DNA of 64,000 nt from Candidatus Magasanikiibacteriota bacterium (GCA_041665025.1 JBAYJP010000001.1:110555-174554), one strand, 5' to 3'. Counted from the stretch's first letter, positions 1-9,991 are shown. Notes: generated from the sequence alone by a model not told the origin. Numbers and translations are program-made.

Positions 1-2
1 TG

Positions 3-671
3 AAAGAAAGCAAACAACTCACATTTCAAAATACTAAGCCCGGGGGGAGAGTTAGTGGGGCCAAAACAATTGAAGGAAAAAATATATATAGGAAACAAAA
101 GCGTGTAGATTTTCAAAATGTGATCGACATTGAACGAGAGAAAACTATACTCAGAAGACTGCGCGGGGCAGGTCTTTTAGTTGAAGTCCCTTTTGAAGGT
201 GGTGACAATCGGAGTATGTTTGTATTTGACGAGGGAAAGGAAATACTCAAAGTATTACACACATTTGATAGAGAAAAACGCAAATTAATTTATTACCAGT
301 TAGGACAAGAATTAGCAAAAATTCATAACGTAGGGATCTTGCATGGTGACATGTCGCCACGAAATATTGTGTGTGATTCACACGGTAAAGTTTCGTTTAT
401 AGACTTTGAATTCGCCAAATATATAGATTCTCGAGAGCAACATACACACAAGACGGACCAAGAATATAATGAATGGTGTGCAGAGAAGATGGCTAAAGAA
501 GTAAGACAATTGGCAGTAGTATTATCTTTTGAAATGAATGACGGTGATGTCATCCAGGCTCTTTTAGAGGCCTATCTTAACGAAATGCACCCCGTAAATG
601 AAGAAATAAAACAACAATTATTGAAAAAAATTGATCTCATCAAACAACAAATTAAACCAAAACAAACGTGA
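3..671 (+). CDS. Bud32/RIO-type (Kae1-associated) protein kinase-like; 5' end runs off the window
   Basis: The frame is open from the window edge through the GTG at 120. It has an N-terminal lobe and the motif GILHGDMSPRNIV, which matches the Bud32/RIO catalytic loop HGDLxxxNI. The size is typical of a small atypical kinase. Confidence 0.55.
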   Translation, partial: KESKQLTFQNTKPGGRVSGAKTIEGKNIYRKQKRVDFQNVIDIEREKTILRRLRGAGLLVEVPFEGGDNRSMFVFDEGKEILKVLHTFDREKRKLIYYQLGQELAKIHNVGILHGDMSPRNIVCDSHGKVSFIDFEFAKYIDSREQHTHKTDQEYNEWCAEKMAKEVRQLAVVLSFEMNDGDVIQALLEAYLNEMHPVNEEIKQQLLKKIDLIKQQIKPKQT

Positions 672-680
672 ACCATTTAT

Positions 681-863
681 ATGACAAACACCTGTGGTAC
701 AAATTCCTGCAACATGAACCATGATGGAGATGGAACTGTCCCAAAAAAACTTGAGGAAAAATGGAAAGATTTTATTGAAAAAAGCTGTTCATCCGTAGAT
801 TGCGCACGGAGATACACAACCAAGTGTTGTGTTTGGGGAGCTTTTGAAGAAAAACTCAACTAA
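681..863 (+). CDS. small cysteine-rich protein (9 Cys in 60 aa), hypothetical
   Basis: ATG-initiated ORF packed between the kinase-like gene (ends 671) and the YwbE-like gene (starts 866). There is no homology call. Confidence 0.3.
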   Translation: MTNTCGTNSCNMNHDGDGTVPKKLEEKWKDFIEKSCSSVDCARRYTTKCCVWGAFEEKLN

Positions 864-865
864 TT

Positions 866-1057
866 ATGGATGGAAGCAAAAGAGAAAATATCAAACCTGG
901 AATGCACGTATCTATTGTGCTCAAAAAAGATCAACTAACTGAAAAGCTACTAGACGGTATTGTTCAGGATATCCTCACCAACTCCCCTACCCATCCACAT
1001 GGAATCAAAGTTAGACTAAAGACAGGTGAGGTGGGAAGGGTAAAAATTATAAGATGA
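866..1057 (+). CDS. YwbE-family small protein (DUF2196/TIGR03833-like)
   Basis: The motif ...DILTNSPTHPHGIKVRLKTGEVGRV matches the conserved core of YwbE-family proteins. Confidence 0.6.
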   Translation: MDGSKRENIKPGMHVSIVLKKDQLTEKLLDGIVQDILTNSPTHPHGIKVRLKTGEVGRVKIIR

Positions 1058-1149
1058 GTAAACTCTTCATCTACCAACTGATAATATCATTTTGGTAGTC
1101 TACCAAAAATCTCAGTCTCATTCTTATTCTTAATCTTAATTTTTAATAT

Positions 1150-1839
1150 ATGAAAAACAAGACTAAGGGTATTCTCTTTATCATCATACCCATACTAGGC
1201 CTTGTATTTATTTTATCTGCCCACGCAGTGACCCAATTTATCCTCCAAAAAACAGAACCCGAAAGACAATACGTCAGTAATGACACGGGACAATTAAATG
1301 GAGTTGGTAACTCTATACAATTGGATATAGCATCATCGGCTGTTCAATTGGGACAATACAGCACGACGGCTACCATAGCACGCATTGTAAATATGGTGCT
1401 CGGTTTACTAGGTATAATTGCTGTTGTAGGAATCCTCATCGGTATTCCCATAGGAATTTATCTGATAACCAGGAAAGAATTTCCTCTCACTCCTGAACGA
1501 ATTTCCGAACTCCAAAAACAAGAAAAATATAAAATGCTTACCCCTGAACAAATACGGTATATCCACCAATGGTCGTGGGGTGCCTTTTTTGGACGATGGA
1601 TATGGTCGCTCGGAAATAAGCTGTACATGTGGACCCTAGGATTTTTAGTCCCTTTCTTCAATCTCTACGTGTGGATCAAACTTTCTATAGATGGCAGAAA
1701 AATGGCATGGGAACAAAAGGAGTGGGATTCATTTGAACAATTTAAGAAAAGACAAACCATAATAGTCTGGATATTAATTAGTCTTATTATCGCAGGACTT
1801 TTTGTCAGTCTTGTCCTCCCTGAAACAATGTCTTCATAG
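1150..1839 (+). CDS. membrane protein with signal peptide/TM segments, hypothetical
   Basis: N-terminal hydrophobic leader and at least 4 predicted TM helices. It lies upstream of the T4CP-like ATPase. Confidence 0.5.
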   Translation: MKNKTKGILFIIIPILGLVFILSAHAVTQFILQKTEPERQYVSNDTGQLNGVGNSIQLDIASSAVQLGQYSTTATIARIVNMVLGLLGIIAVVGILIGIPIGIYLITRKEFPLTPERISELQKQEKYKMLTPEQIRYIHQWSWGAFFGRWIWSLGNKLYMWTLGFLVPFFNLYVWIKLSIDGRKMAWEQKEWDSFEQFKKRQTIIVWILISLIIAGLFVSLVLPETMSS

Positions 1840-1914
1840 TATCATATAGCACATTTCTATTTTTTTTGTTATACTATACGTGCCACACAAAAGTAATTTT
1901 GGCGAATTTAATGT

Positions 1915-2496
1915 ATGGACAATAAAGAAGTAGACAATCTTCTTCCTGAACAAAATATACCCTCGGAAATTCCACAGCCCGTGTTTCAACCTGATACATT
2001 TGTTAATGCTCCGCAAAAACAGGAAACACAACAACCCCAAAGCGAACAAAATCCACAACCCGCTGAAAACCAAGAACAATTACCCCAAAGAGAAATGCCA
2101 CAGAATGTCGAAATACAGCAAGAACAGACGATTGATGACAGAATAAGCTCTCTCAAACAAAAACTTCGCCTAAAAAAGAAAAAAATAACGCAAATCCCGC
2201 GCGTTCGTGATGAACTTACGGTGCGTGTTGAAGAAGTCATGCAAGAAGGGCTTGCCGATGCCTATCGAGAGCTCACTCCTATACAACAGCAGGAATTCAA
2301 AATAAAGGGAGAAGAAACAGCCTGGCAGATACGCCAACTTCTCAAAGAGACTCATATAAAAATAAAGGAAATTTTTAGGCTTCTTCTCGAGTGGCTAAAA
2401 ATGCTTCCTGGCATCAATAGATTTTTCCTTGAACAAGAAGCAAAAATTAAAGCAGACAAAATTATTACGCTTAAAGAATTCCATCAGGATAAGTAA
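1915..2496 (+). CDS. hypothetical protein with Q/P-rich low-complexity N-terminus
   Basis: Long ORF. The N-terminal third is Q/P/E-rich and the C-terminal part is helical. Confidence 0.45.
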   Translation: MDNKEVDNLLPEQNIPSEIPQPVFQPDTFVNAPQKQETQQPQSEQNPQPAENQEQLPQREMPQNVEIQQEQTIDDRISSLKQKLRLKKKKITQIPRVRDELTVRVEEVMQEGLADAYRELTPIQQQEFKIKGEETAWQIRQLLKETHIKIKEIFRLLLEWLKMLPGINRFFLEQEAKIKADKIITLKEFHQDK

Positions 2497-2526
2497 TGGT
2501 ACTATTGTTATATTCGCCACATATAG

Positions 2527-5166
2527 ATGATATATGATAGATGGTACATGCCCGTCTGTCATCTATCATTTATCATCCTTATGCTCCCCTTTTTAACATT
2601 ACAGCTGTTCACTCAATCAGGGACTTTAATCGGAACGACAACCTCCAATGATGCAATGATTCTCAATCTGACTATTACCGGTTCAGCTATTTTGTTTGTG
2701 GTGAGCATTATTTTTATCATTCGTGCATTACTCACCCGAAAGATCTTTAAAATTAAACATGCATTTGACCGCGTCGTGCTGCAAATTCTCGTACCAAAAG
2801 AAAAAAAATCTGAAGGTGCGGGAAATTCGAACCAAGAAGAGCGGCTTGAACAAGTCAAAGAAGAAATTGGAATTACTGAAACGCTTTTTGCGTCAATTGC
2901 AGGCTTGCGCGCCGAACGTGGTATACGCAGATGGTTTCGCGGACGCAATGATCACGCCGCATTTGAAATTGTGGTGCATAATGGCCTTATTAATTTTTAT
3001 GTTGCCATTCCTCATCGTCTGAAAGCTTTTGTCGAACAACAAATCAACGCGCAATATCCATACGCCCATATTGAAGAAATTGTCGACTATAATATTTTTA
3101 CGCCAAAAAGTTCAATTACCAGTGCCTACCTCGTGGATAAAGAAGTTCATGTATTTCCTTTTAAGACCTATAAAAAAATGGATTCTGACCCGCTGTCCGG
3201 TGTTCTTAATGTGTTGGCCCGCGTCCAAGAACATAATAGTTCTGCTGCCATACAATTTGTCGTGCGCTCCGCACACAGAAAATGGCGTAGGAAAGGCGTA
3301 CGCATTGTACGCGAAGTGAAAAAAGGAGAAAGGTTTGAACGCGTGGCAAAACGTGGCTGGTTCCACCATATATTTCGCTATGCCTCAAAAGGACTTGGGG
3401 AACAATTTCGTGGAAAATCGAAAGATCCTTCGATGCAACAAAAAGAGCATTATCAGCTCTCGGCTATGGAAGAAGAAATGCTCAAAGGCATAGAAGAAAA
3501 ACTGTCCAAAGGAGGACTTGATGTTACCCTGCGATTACTCAGCTCATCGGACAGCGCCGATATTGCACGCATGAATCTCGACAACATGATTAATGGGTTT
3601 AGCCAATATAACTTGTATCGCTATGGCAATTCGTTTTCTGCAATCATTCCTCGCAATCAGCGTGTAGTTATACAAGATTTTATTTATCGCTCATTTCATG
3701 AAAACAGACACATGGTCCTAAATACCGAAGAAATGGCGGGGTTATGGCATCTTCCTCTCCATTCAACTGAAGCACCAAATATTAAATGGCTCTTAGCGCG
3801 CAAAGCACCTCCGCCGTCAAATTTACCGCGTGAAGGGCTTCTACTCGGACATATTCCGTATCGTGGACAAGATTATGAAGTGCATATGAAGGATGCGGAC
3901 AGACGACGCCACTTATATGTGATGGGAAAATCTGGCGGTGGAAAATCAGTATTTATCCAAGGCCTTGCCGTACAAGATATACAAGCAGGACATGGGGTTT
4001 GTGTAGTAGACCCGCATGGTGATTTTGCTGAATATGTGCTCCAGCACGTTCCCAAAGAACGCGCAGATGATGTTATTATTTTTGACCCATCTGACACGAG
4101 CCGTCCGGTCGGGCTCAATATGCTTGAAGCAAAAACTGAAGACCAAAAAGATTATGCCGTGCAAGAAATGATTGGGATTTTCTACAAATTGTTCCCGCCA
4201 GAGATGATCGGCCCGATGTTTGAGCATCAAATGCGCAATGTCATGCTTACCCTCATGGCAGATATTGAAAACCCCGGAACAATTATTGATATTCCACGCA
4301 TGTTTACTGATGATGATTATGTAAAAATTTATTTGAAAAAATTAAAAGATCCTGTGGTGCGAGCGTTTTGGGAAAAAGAAATGGCAAAGACATCAGATTT
4401 TCATAAATCAGAAATGTTGGGTTATCTTATTTCCAAAGTAGGCCGATTTGTCGAAAATGACATGATGCGCAATATCATGGGACAACAGCATTCGGGATTT
4501 GACTTCCGCGATGTCATGGATAAACAAAAAATTCTTATTGTAAATCTTGCAAAAGGAAAAACAGGAGAAGTGAACGCCAAGCTCCTTGGTCTTATTGTGG
4601 TGGCAAAACTCCAAATGGCTGCTATGGGACGCGCAGAATTACCCGAGGATCAGCGTAAAGATTTTTATCTCTATATTGATGAGTTCCAAAACTTTATTAC
4701 CGATTCAATCGCGACCATTTTGTCTGAAGCGCGCAAATACCGCCTGGATCTCATTATCGCGCATCAATACTTAGGACAATTGACTGATGACAAAGGAAAA
4801 CCTGAAATTCGTGATGCAGTACTTGGAAATGCAGGCACTATGTGCGTATTTCGCATAGGTCCAGAGGATTCAGAAATTTTTGCAAAAGAATTTGCACCAA
4901 CATTTGGCGCATATGATCTTATGAACGTTGAAAAATTTACGTGCAACACCAAACTTTTGGTTGACAACGAAGCGTTGAAGCCTTTCAACATGAATGTATA
5001 CCCGCCTGAACGTGGAAATGTCCAGCTTGGCGAAGCAATCAAACAGCTTTCACGCCTTAAGTTCGGCCGCGACCGCAGTATTGTCGAAGCTGAAATTCTT
5101 GAACGTACAAAACTTGATCAGGGAGTTAGCGAGAGCAAAGATGATATGATTGAAGCGAGTCTTTAA
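2527..5166 (+). CDS. TraG/VirD4/TraD-like type IV coupling protein family ATPase (T4CP-like; HerA/DUF87-related)
   Basis: Two N-terminal TM helices. Walker A VMGKSGGGKS and VVDPHGDF, Walker B YLYIDEFQNF, and a Q-rich IIAHQYLGQL motif are typical of T4CP/TraG proteins. Confidence 0.6.
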   Translation: MIYDRWYMPVCHLSFIILMLPFLTLQLFTQSGTLIGTTTSNDAMILNLTITGSAILFVVSIIFIIRALLTRKIFKIKHAFDRVVLQILVPKEKKSEGAGNSNQEERLEQVKEEIGITETLFASIAGLRAERGIRRWFRGRNDHAAFEIVVHNGLINFYVAIPHRLKAFVEQQINAQYPYAHIEEIVDYNIFTPKSSITSAYLVDKEVHVFPFKTYKKMDSDPLSGVLNVLARVQEHNSSAAIQFVVRSAHRKWRRKGVRIVREVKKGERFERVAKRGWFHHIFRYASKGLGEQFRGKSKDPSMQQKEHYQLSAMEEEMLKGIEEKLSKGGLDVTLRLLSSSDSADIARMNLDNMINGFSQYNLYRYGNSFSAIIPRNQRVVIQDFIYRSFHENRHMVLNTEEMAGLWHLPLHSTEAPNIKWLLARKAPPPSNLPREGLLLGHIPYRGQDYEVHMKDADRRRHLYVMGKSGGGKSVFIQGLAVQDIQAGHGVCVVDPHGDFAEYVLQHVPKERADDVIIFDPSDTSRPVGLNMLEAKTEDQKDYAVQEMIGIFYKLFPPEMIGPMFEHQMRNVMLTLMADIENPGTIIDIPRMFTDDDYVKIYLKKLKDPVVRAFWEKEMAKTSDFHKSEMLGYLISKVGRFVENDMMRNIMGQQHSGFDFRDVMDKQKILIVNLAKGKTGEVNAKLLGLIVVAKLQMAAMGRAELPEDQRKDFYLYIDEFQNFITDSIATILSEARKYRLDLIIAHQYLGQLTDDKGKPEIRDAVLGNAGTMCVFRIGPEDSEIFAKEFAPTFGAYDLMNVEKFTCNTKLLVDNEALKPFNMNVYPPERGNVQLGEAIKQLSRLKFGRDRSIVEAEILERTKLDQGVSESKDDMIEASL

Positions 5167-5220
5167 ACCAGCTTTCTAGGCTATTTTGGCTATCTAAGTC
5201 TTCTGAGCACAAACAACGAT

Positions 5221-5574
5221 ATGGGAAATTACAAAAAACTTGATATATATCAACGTTCATTTCGTGCATCTATAGCCATATATAAATTGTCACTAGAATT
5301 GCCGAAATATTTACAATATGACATTGCCGATGACCTGAGAAGAGCTGCCCGATCCATTCCTTCAAATATCGCCGAAGGATTTGGACGAAACAAGTCAGAT
5401 AAGGATAAAATAAATTTCTTAAGAACATCTTTGGGGTCAAATGATGAAGTATTATTTAATCTTGAATTTATAAAAGAATTAAAATTGATTGATGATGAAC
5501 GACATAATAAAGCAACTATCGAATATAATAAAATTGGTTCTGGCATTATCCACTTAATAGAGGCAATAAATTAA
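5221..5574 (+). CDS. four-helix-bundle protein (TIGR02436; '23S rRNA intervening sequence protein' family)
   Basis: 117 aa. The start YQRSFRASIAIYKLSLELPK...AEGFGR matches the family signature. Confidence 0.75.
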   Translation: MGNYKKLDIYQRSFRASIAIYKLSLELPKYLQYDIADDLRRAARSIPSNIAEGFGRNKSDKDKINFLRTSLGSNDEVLFNLEFIKELKLIDDERHNKATIEYNKIGSGIIHLIEAIN

Positions 5575-5728
5575 AATACAAAAGCTGAGAAAGCCTAGAT
5601 AGCTTAGAAAACTAAGATGGCTAAAAATTATCCCCCTCTCGTCCACACTTCATCCCCTTTCATCGCCTGACACTGTCGGCGTTTTTTGTTATAATTTCAA
5701 AACTAAACACCAATAACAAACACCCCCT

Positions 5729-6442
5729 ATGAACCAGATATCTAATATTCTCACGGACAGAATAAATAATTTTTTAGATGAAATACATGTACCCACATCT
5801 GCTGTGGCACAAGAGTCGGTTCATACTTCTCCCCTCTCTATTTCTATAGAGCCAACTGAAGTTCCACAAGCTTCCACACAAACACCTGATTTCAAACAGA
5901 CTATTACACAATCGCTGTACCGCATAAAAGATGAGATAGAAAAACTTCTAAGAACTCTGCAACAAAGTGAAGCACCCATTGAATCAACTTCCACGCATAA
6001 ACCATTTGTATTCTCTAGTCAACAAACACCAGCAATCAATACATTCACTGCATCGGATGAAAAGATAATTGAGGGCGTCTTTAATGGACAAAAAATGATT
6101 GGCCCGGATGGGACTGAATACGCGGTCCCTCCCAATTACGCAAGCAAATCAAAGCTCGTTGAGGGTGATATGATGAAACTCATCATAACCAGAGAAGGTA
6201 GATTTTTATTCAAACAAATCGGCCCTATTGTCCGCAAACGCGTGATAGGAAAACTTATGTTTGATACCGCACAACAACTATGGTCTGTCGTGCTTGAAGA
6301 TAGACATTACAAAATTTTAACCGCTTCAGCTACCTTTTATAAGGGCAACCCTGGCGACCAGGTCGTAATGTTCATCCCCGAGGACGGACAAAGTGAGTGG
6401 GGCGCGGTTGAGAATATTATCCATTCTTCTTATAGTATATAA
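5729..6442 (+). CDS. hypothetical protein
   Basis: 237-aa ORF followed by a strong hairpin terminator. No recognisable domain. Confidence 0.5.
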   Translation: MNQISNILTDRINNFLDEIHVPTSAVAQESVHTSPLSISIEPTEVPQASTQTPDFKQTITQSLYRIKDEIEKLLRTLQQSEAPIESTSTHKPFVFSSQQTPAINTFTASDEKIIEGVFNGQKMIGPDGTEYAVPPNYASKSKLVEGDMMKLIITREGRFLFKQIGPIVRKRVIGKLMFDTAQQLWSVVLEDRHYKILTASATFYKGNPGDQVVMFIPEDGQSEWGAVENIIHSSYSI

Positions 6443-6465
6443 ATCTATACATATTTTGTCTTTAA

Positions 6466-6497
6466 AACCCTGTACCGTCCTGGTACAGGGTTATTTT
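6466..6497 (+). terminator. rho-independent terminator (aaccctgtaccgtcctggtacagggtt + T-run)
   Basis: Perfect GC-containing hairpin followed by TTATTTTTGG, immediately after the 5729..6442 ORF. Confidence 0.6.
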
Positions 6498-6562
6498 TGG
6501 GATGATATGGTCAAATAAAAGCACCCCGTTATTCGGGATGCTTTAATGTGCTAAAGTGAAAA

Positions 6563-6817
6563 CTAACTCAAATGTGTTGAAACCAATTTTGTCATTTCAA
6601 ACATGTTTACTTCTTTTTTACCAAAGATAGGAAGTAAAAGATCATCTGCAAAGATATTTCGTTTGTTTGCTGGATTCTGTAAATTATTCTTTTTGATGTA
6701 TTCCCAAAGTTTCTTAACAACCTGTGAACGTGGCATTGGGCCCTTTCCGACGACTGCTTCTAAATCAGCAGTTAATGTCATCGGTTTGAGCAAAGCTGGA
6801 TTTGCTTTACGTGGCAT
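6563..6817 (-). CDS. SWIB/MDM2 domain protein
   Basis: 84 aa. LSADLAAVVGKGPMPRSQVVKKLWEYIKKNNLQNPANKRNI matches the SWIB domain consensus. It has its own hairpin terminator at about 6518-6545. Confidence 0.75.
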   Translation of the reverse strand: MPRKANPALLKPMTLTADLEAVVGKGPMPRSQVVKKLWEYIKKNNLQNPANKRNIFADDLLLPIFGKKEVNMFEMTKLVSTHLS

Positions 6818-7032
6818 ATACGTTAATGTTAAAAATTATTGCCCTTATTAATTATCCACAGTATACCATAGAGGGGCAAAACGTGCAATGGCGTGGTCAA
6901 GTAAGAGGGGTTTACCAGAAGCTACAATTGGGATATACTATCTACGCGAAAACGACCAATTTCTAGATACCAATTTCCAAACTTTCTTAATTTTTTTAAA
7001 AATTCGAAATTCAAAATTTAAACTTCTTCTTT

Positions 7033-8613
7033 ATGGCACTTTATCTTGATTACCGCCCACAGCAATTTGATGACATTATAGGGCAGGCACATATCATTAC
7101 TACGCTAAAAAACCAGGTTTTACGCCAAAAAACAGCTCATGCGTACCTTTTTTCTGGTCCTCGAGGCGTTGGCAAAACTACGACTGCCCGCATTTTGGCT
7201 AAAGCGCTGAATTGTGAAAAAAGAAAAGAAAACTCGTACGAACCGTGCAATGAATGTGAATCGTGCAAAGAGATCAGCGAGACGCGATCTATAGACGTCA
7301 TCGAGATAGATGCCGCGAGTCATACAGGTGTGGATAATGTGCGGGAAAATATTATTGAAAATGCTCAATTTAAACCTACCAAATCAAAAAATAAAATATT
7401 TATTATAGACGAAGTACACATGCTCTCTACCGCGTCTTTTAATGCACTTCTAAAAACTCTTGAGGAACCACCCGCATATGTTAGCTTTATTCTCGCAACC
7501 ACTGATTCACACAAACTTCCCGCGACTATTATCTCCCGGTGTCAGCGATTCAACTATTCCAAAGTCCCCGACGATGACATGAAGTCATATATCAAATCAA
7601 TTGCAAAAAAAGAAGGAATAAAAATTGATGATGAGGTAATTGCGCGCATCACACGCAAAAGCGAAGGATGCGCGCGTGATGCAGTTGGGTTGCTCGATCA
7701 AATTATGGCTTCGGGCGAAAAACATATTACCGAGGATGTAGCTTCTCTTGTCTTGCCTACCACGCATATTGAACTACAGCTTGATTTTGCTGAACAGCTT
7801 ATTTTGAAGCAAAAAGAACAAGGTCTTACCACATTGCGAACTTTGGCAAGTGATGGCGTGAGCTTGCCTCATTTTGCCGAAGATCTTATTGAGCTCCTGC
7901 GCGTCATTATGATTGGATGCATTGATATAAAACTATCAGAAAAAGAACTAGACCTCCCCAAAGACGCGTTTAAACGAGTATTAGAACTTACCAAGTCCAT
8001 AAACTCTGTCCAAATGGTACGCCTTATTGATCTCGCATTGAAACGGACAAATGAAATTCGCAATTCCCCTCTTCCCCAACTCCCATTGGAAATGCTTGTG
8101 ATTGAGTGGTGTATGAGTGATGAAGACAACGACCAGGGAACGACGACCAGGGAACAAAAAACCCCAATAAAATCATCGGATACAAAAACGAGTACAACTC
8201 AAAAGACAATGCTGCAAGATAATACCACTTCATCAATAACACAACCAGAAAATCAAACTGATGTTGCAATAGTTAAAAATAACGATACTCAGATCAATTC
8301 CGAACAAGCAAAAAAGGCATGGGAGTCATGCGTTGATGAAATATCCAAGCAAATGCCTTCTTTTGGCTTTATCCTCAAAATGTCTGAATTTGAGTGTGTC
8401 GAAGGGAACTTAATAAAAATTCTTGCGAATTATACATTTCACAAAGATAAAATCACTGAAAAACCAATTCGCGAAAAAATTGAATCGTTGCTCAGCGCCA
8501 TTCTCAAAACACCCGTGCGAATAGAAGTAAATGTCAAAGACGGAGCAATACAGCAACAAGAAACACAGGAGTTGCAAGAACTTGCGACGATGCTGGGTGG
8601 TGAAGTTGTTTAA
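7033..8613 (+). CDS. dnaX: DNA polymerase III subunit gamma/tau
   Basis: N-terminal FDDIIGQ...AHAYLFSGPRGVGKTTTARILAKALNCE with a Cys4 zinc module, a DEVHML Walker B and SRCQRF sensor. Confidence 0.9.
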   Translation: MALYLDYRPQQFDDIIGQAHIITTLKNQVLRQKTAHAYLFSGPRGVGKTTTARILAKALNCEKRKENSYEPCNECESCKEISETRSIDVIEIDAASHTGVDNVRENIIENAQFKPTKSKNKIFIIDEVHMLSTASFNALLKTLEEPPAYVSFILATTDSHKLPATIISRCQRFNYSKVPDDDMKSYIKSIAKKEGIKIDDEVIARITRKSEGCARDAVGLLDQIMASGEKHITEDVASLVLPTTHIELQLDFAEQLILKQKEQGLTTLRTLASDGVSLPHFAEDLIELLRVIMIGCIDIKLSEKELDLPKDAFKRVLELTKSINSVQMVRLIDLALKRTNEIRNSPLPQLPLEMLVIEWCMSDEDNDQGTTTREQKTPIKSSDTKTSTTQKTMLQDNTTSSITQPENQTDVAIVKNNDTQINSEQAKKAWESCVDEISKQMPSFGFILKMSEFECVEGNLIKILANYTFHKDKITEKPIREKIESLLSAILKTPVRIEVNVKDGAIQQQETQELQELATMLGGEVV

Positions 8614-8631
8614 ATAATCTCATCGCGTATA

Positions 8632-8745
8632 CAACTCAAAAGTCAAATCTCAAAACTCAAATTTGGAACTCAAAACCTGTAAACTTTTAAGTTTGAAGTT
8701 TATATTTTGACTTTTGACATTTGAATTTTGAATTATTTGATGGTG
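8632..8745. repeat. palindromic intergenic repeat, family D (tcaaaagtcaaaact ... agttttgacttttga words)
   Basis: Word-like inverted repeats. Related copies occur at 54125-54240 and 55150-55238. Confidence 0.6.
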
Positions 8746-8757
8746 AATTAGAAATTT

Positions 8758-9744
8758 ATGAAATATAATTTTTTAATTTCATTAGCATTAGCTTTGTCTC
8801 TTACACCTATATCTCTGCATGCAGCCAATCTGCCTGTTCCTTTTTCTTCCCAAGCGCCACAAGGCAGATGGGTTGAACCCTGGAAAAATGCATGTGAAGA
8901 AGCTTCTACCATGCTCGTTGATCTATTTTATTATGGATACACAAGTAAACAAGTAGACGCCGATGGCGCAACAAAACTCATTTCTCTGTTAGTAAAGCTC
9001 GAAAATAACCATTTTGGGTTTAACAAAGATACCAATGCGGTACAAATCACAGAACTTATCAATTTATACCTACCGTGGGAAGCGTATATTGTAGAAAATC
9101 CAACTCTAGAACAACTCAAAGCAGAAATTGATAATGGACACCCTATATTATTTCCAGTACATGGACGCGATTTGCGTAATCCTCATTACAATACAGATCA
9201 AATTGATTACCATGTGTTTGTGATTAGCGGGTATGATGATGAGAAAAAAGAATTCATTGCACAAGAAGTAGCAACACAGTTTGGTATTGACTTTCGCTAC
9301 TCATATGATACAATCATGACCGCAATGCACGACTTTTTACCCAGAGATAAAACATATCTAGGAAGAAAGGTTGCCATATTTACCCGCAAAGAACTTATTG
9401 ATTCTGGAGCAACTGATGGAGACAAAGATGGACTCACAAAACGTGATGAAATTGAACTAGGGACAATACTGTATTATGCAGATAGCGACGGAGATGGATT
9501 TAATGACGGGCTGGAAGTTGCCAACGGCTATTCCCCTACAGTAAATGAAACAAAACTGGGCAATAATGCACTTATCAAAACAAACGGAAGTCCTGATGTA
9601 TTTCTCTTAGACAACGGAAAAACACAAAAAATTGTATCAGAACAAGTATTACAAAATCATGGATGGAAGTGGCAGGATGTGAAGACAATAAGTAAGAAAT
9701 TTTTTGAGACGAAATTGATTTTGGGAACGGATATTACAGAATAA
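8758..9744 (+). CDS. secreted peptidase C39-like (YvpB/BtrH-like) domain protein with C-terminal Asp-rich Ca-binding-like repeats
   Basis: Signal peptide. VPFSSQAPQGRW...NACEEASTMLVDLFYYGY fits the C39_2 motif (Q...C...YYG). DGDKDG and DSDGDGFNDG repeats are thrombospondin-type-3-like. Confidence 0.55.
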   Translation: MKYNFLISLALALSLTPISLHAANLPVPFSSQAPQGRWVEPWKNACEEASTMLVDLFYYGYTSKQVDADGATKLISLLVKLENNHFGFNKDTNAVQITELINLYLPWEAYIVENPTLEQLKAEIDNGHPILFPVHGRDLRNPHYNTDQIDYHVFVISGYDDEKKEFIAQEVATQFGIDFRYSYDTIMTAMHDFLPRDKTYLGRKVAIFTRKELIDSGATDGDKDGLTKRDEIELGTILYYADSDGDGFNDGLEVANGYSPTVNETKLGNNALIKTNGSPDVFLLDNGKTQKIVSEQVLQNHGWKWQDVKTISKKFFETKLILGTDITE

Positions 9745-9751
9745 AAACCAT

Positions 9752-9822
9752 TCGGAGATCGTCTAATGGTAGGACAGCAGACTCTGAATCTGCTTATCCT
9801 GGTTCGAATCCAGGCCTCCGAG
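9752..9822 (+). tRNA. tRNA-Gln (anticodon CUG)
   Basis: Hand-folded cloverleaf: acceptor TCGGAGA/CCTCCGA with U1-A72, D-arm GTCT..GGAC, anticodon stem GCAGA/TCTGC with loop CTCTGAA, T-arm CCTGG-TTCGAAT-CCAGG, discriminator G. CCA is not encoded. Confidence 0.8.
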
Positions 9823-9985
9823 CTACTAAATGTAGTAGACTCTTCCGCCAGAGGCGGACCAGCCTTGGGCTGGGAATCCATTTATCTTGCCTGCCCGCCG
9901 AAATGGAGGGGTTCAAATCCAAGTCCTCGAGCAAATCTGCTTATCCTGCCTGTCCGCCTTTGGCGGAGTGAGAATCCAGGCCTCC
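9823..9985 (+). repeat. degenerate echoes of the tRNA-Gln 3' half (tRNA-derived fragments; possible integration scar)
   Basis: ctgcttatcctg and aatccaggcctccgagc recur at 9937-9985, with weaker copies gggctgggaatcca and ggaggggttcaaatccaagtcctcgagc. The region is GC-richer than its surroundings. Confidence 0.5.
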
Positions 9986-9991
9986 GAGCAA

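Noticed and set aside
6603-6851. Plus-strand 82-aa ORF
   Set aside because: Antisense shadow of the SWIB gene. Other antisense shadow ORFs (for example 34804..35418 +, 56598..57260 -, 20734..21165 -) are discounted for the same reason.
6850-7030. Possible SRP (4.5S) RNA upstream of dnaX, where ffs/scr is often located
   Set aside because: No GGAA tetraloop / AGCAGC domain-IV motif and no convincing helix-8 pairing could be found by eye. Needs an Rfam/Infernal scan.
9880-9935. Second tRNA suggested by ggaggggttcaaatcc (T-loop-like)
   Set aside because: No acceptor, D or anticodon arms can be paired. Interpreted as a degenerate echo of the tRNA-Gln 3' half.
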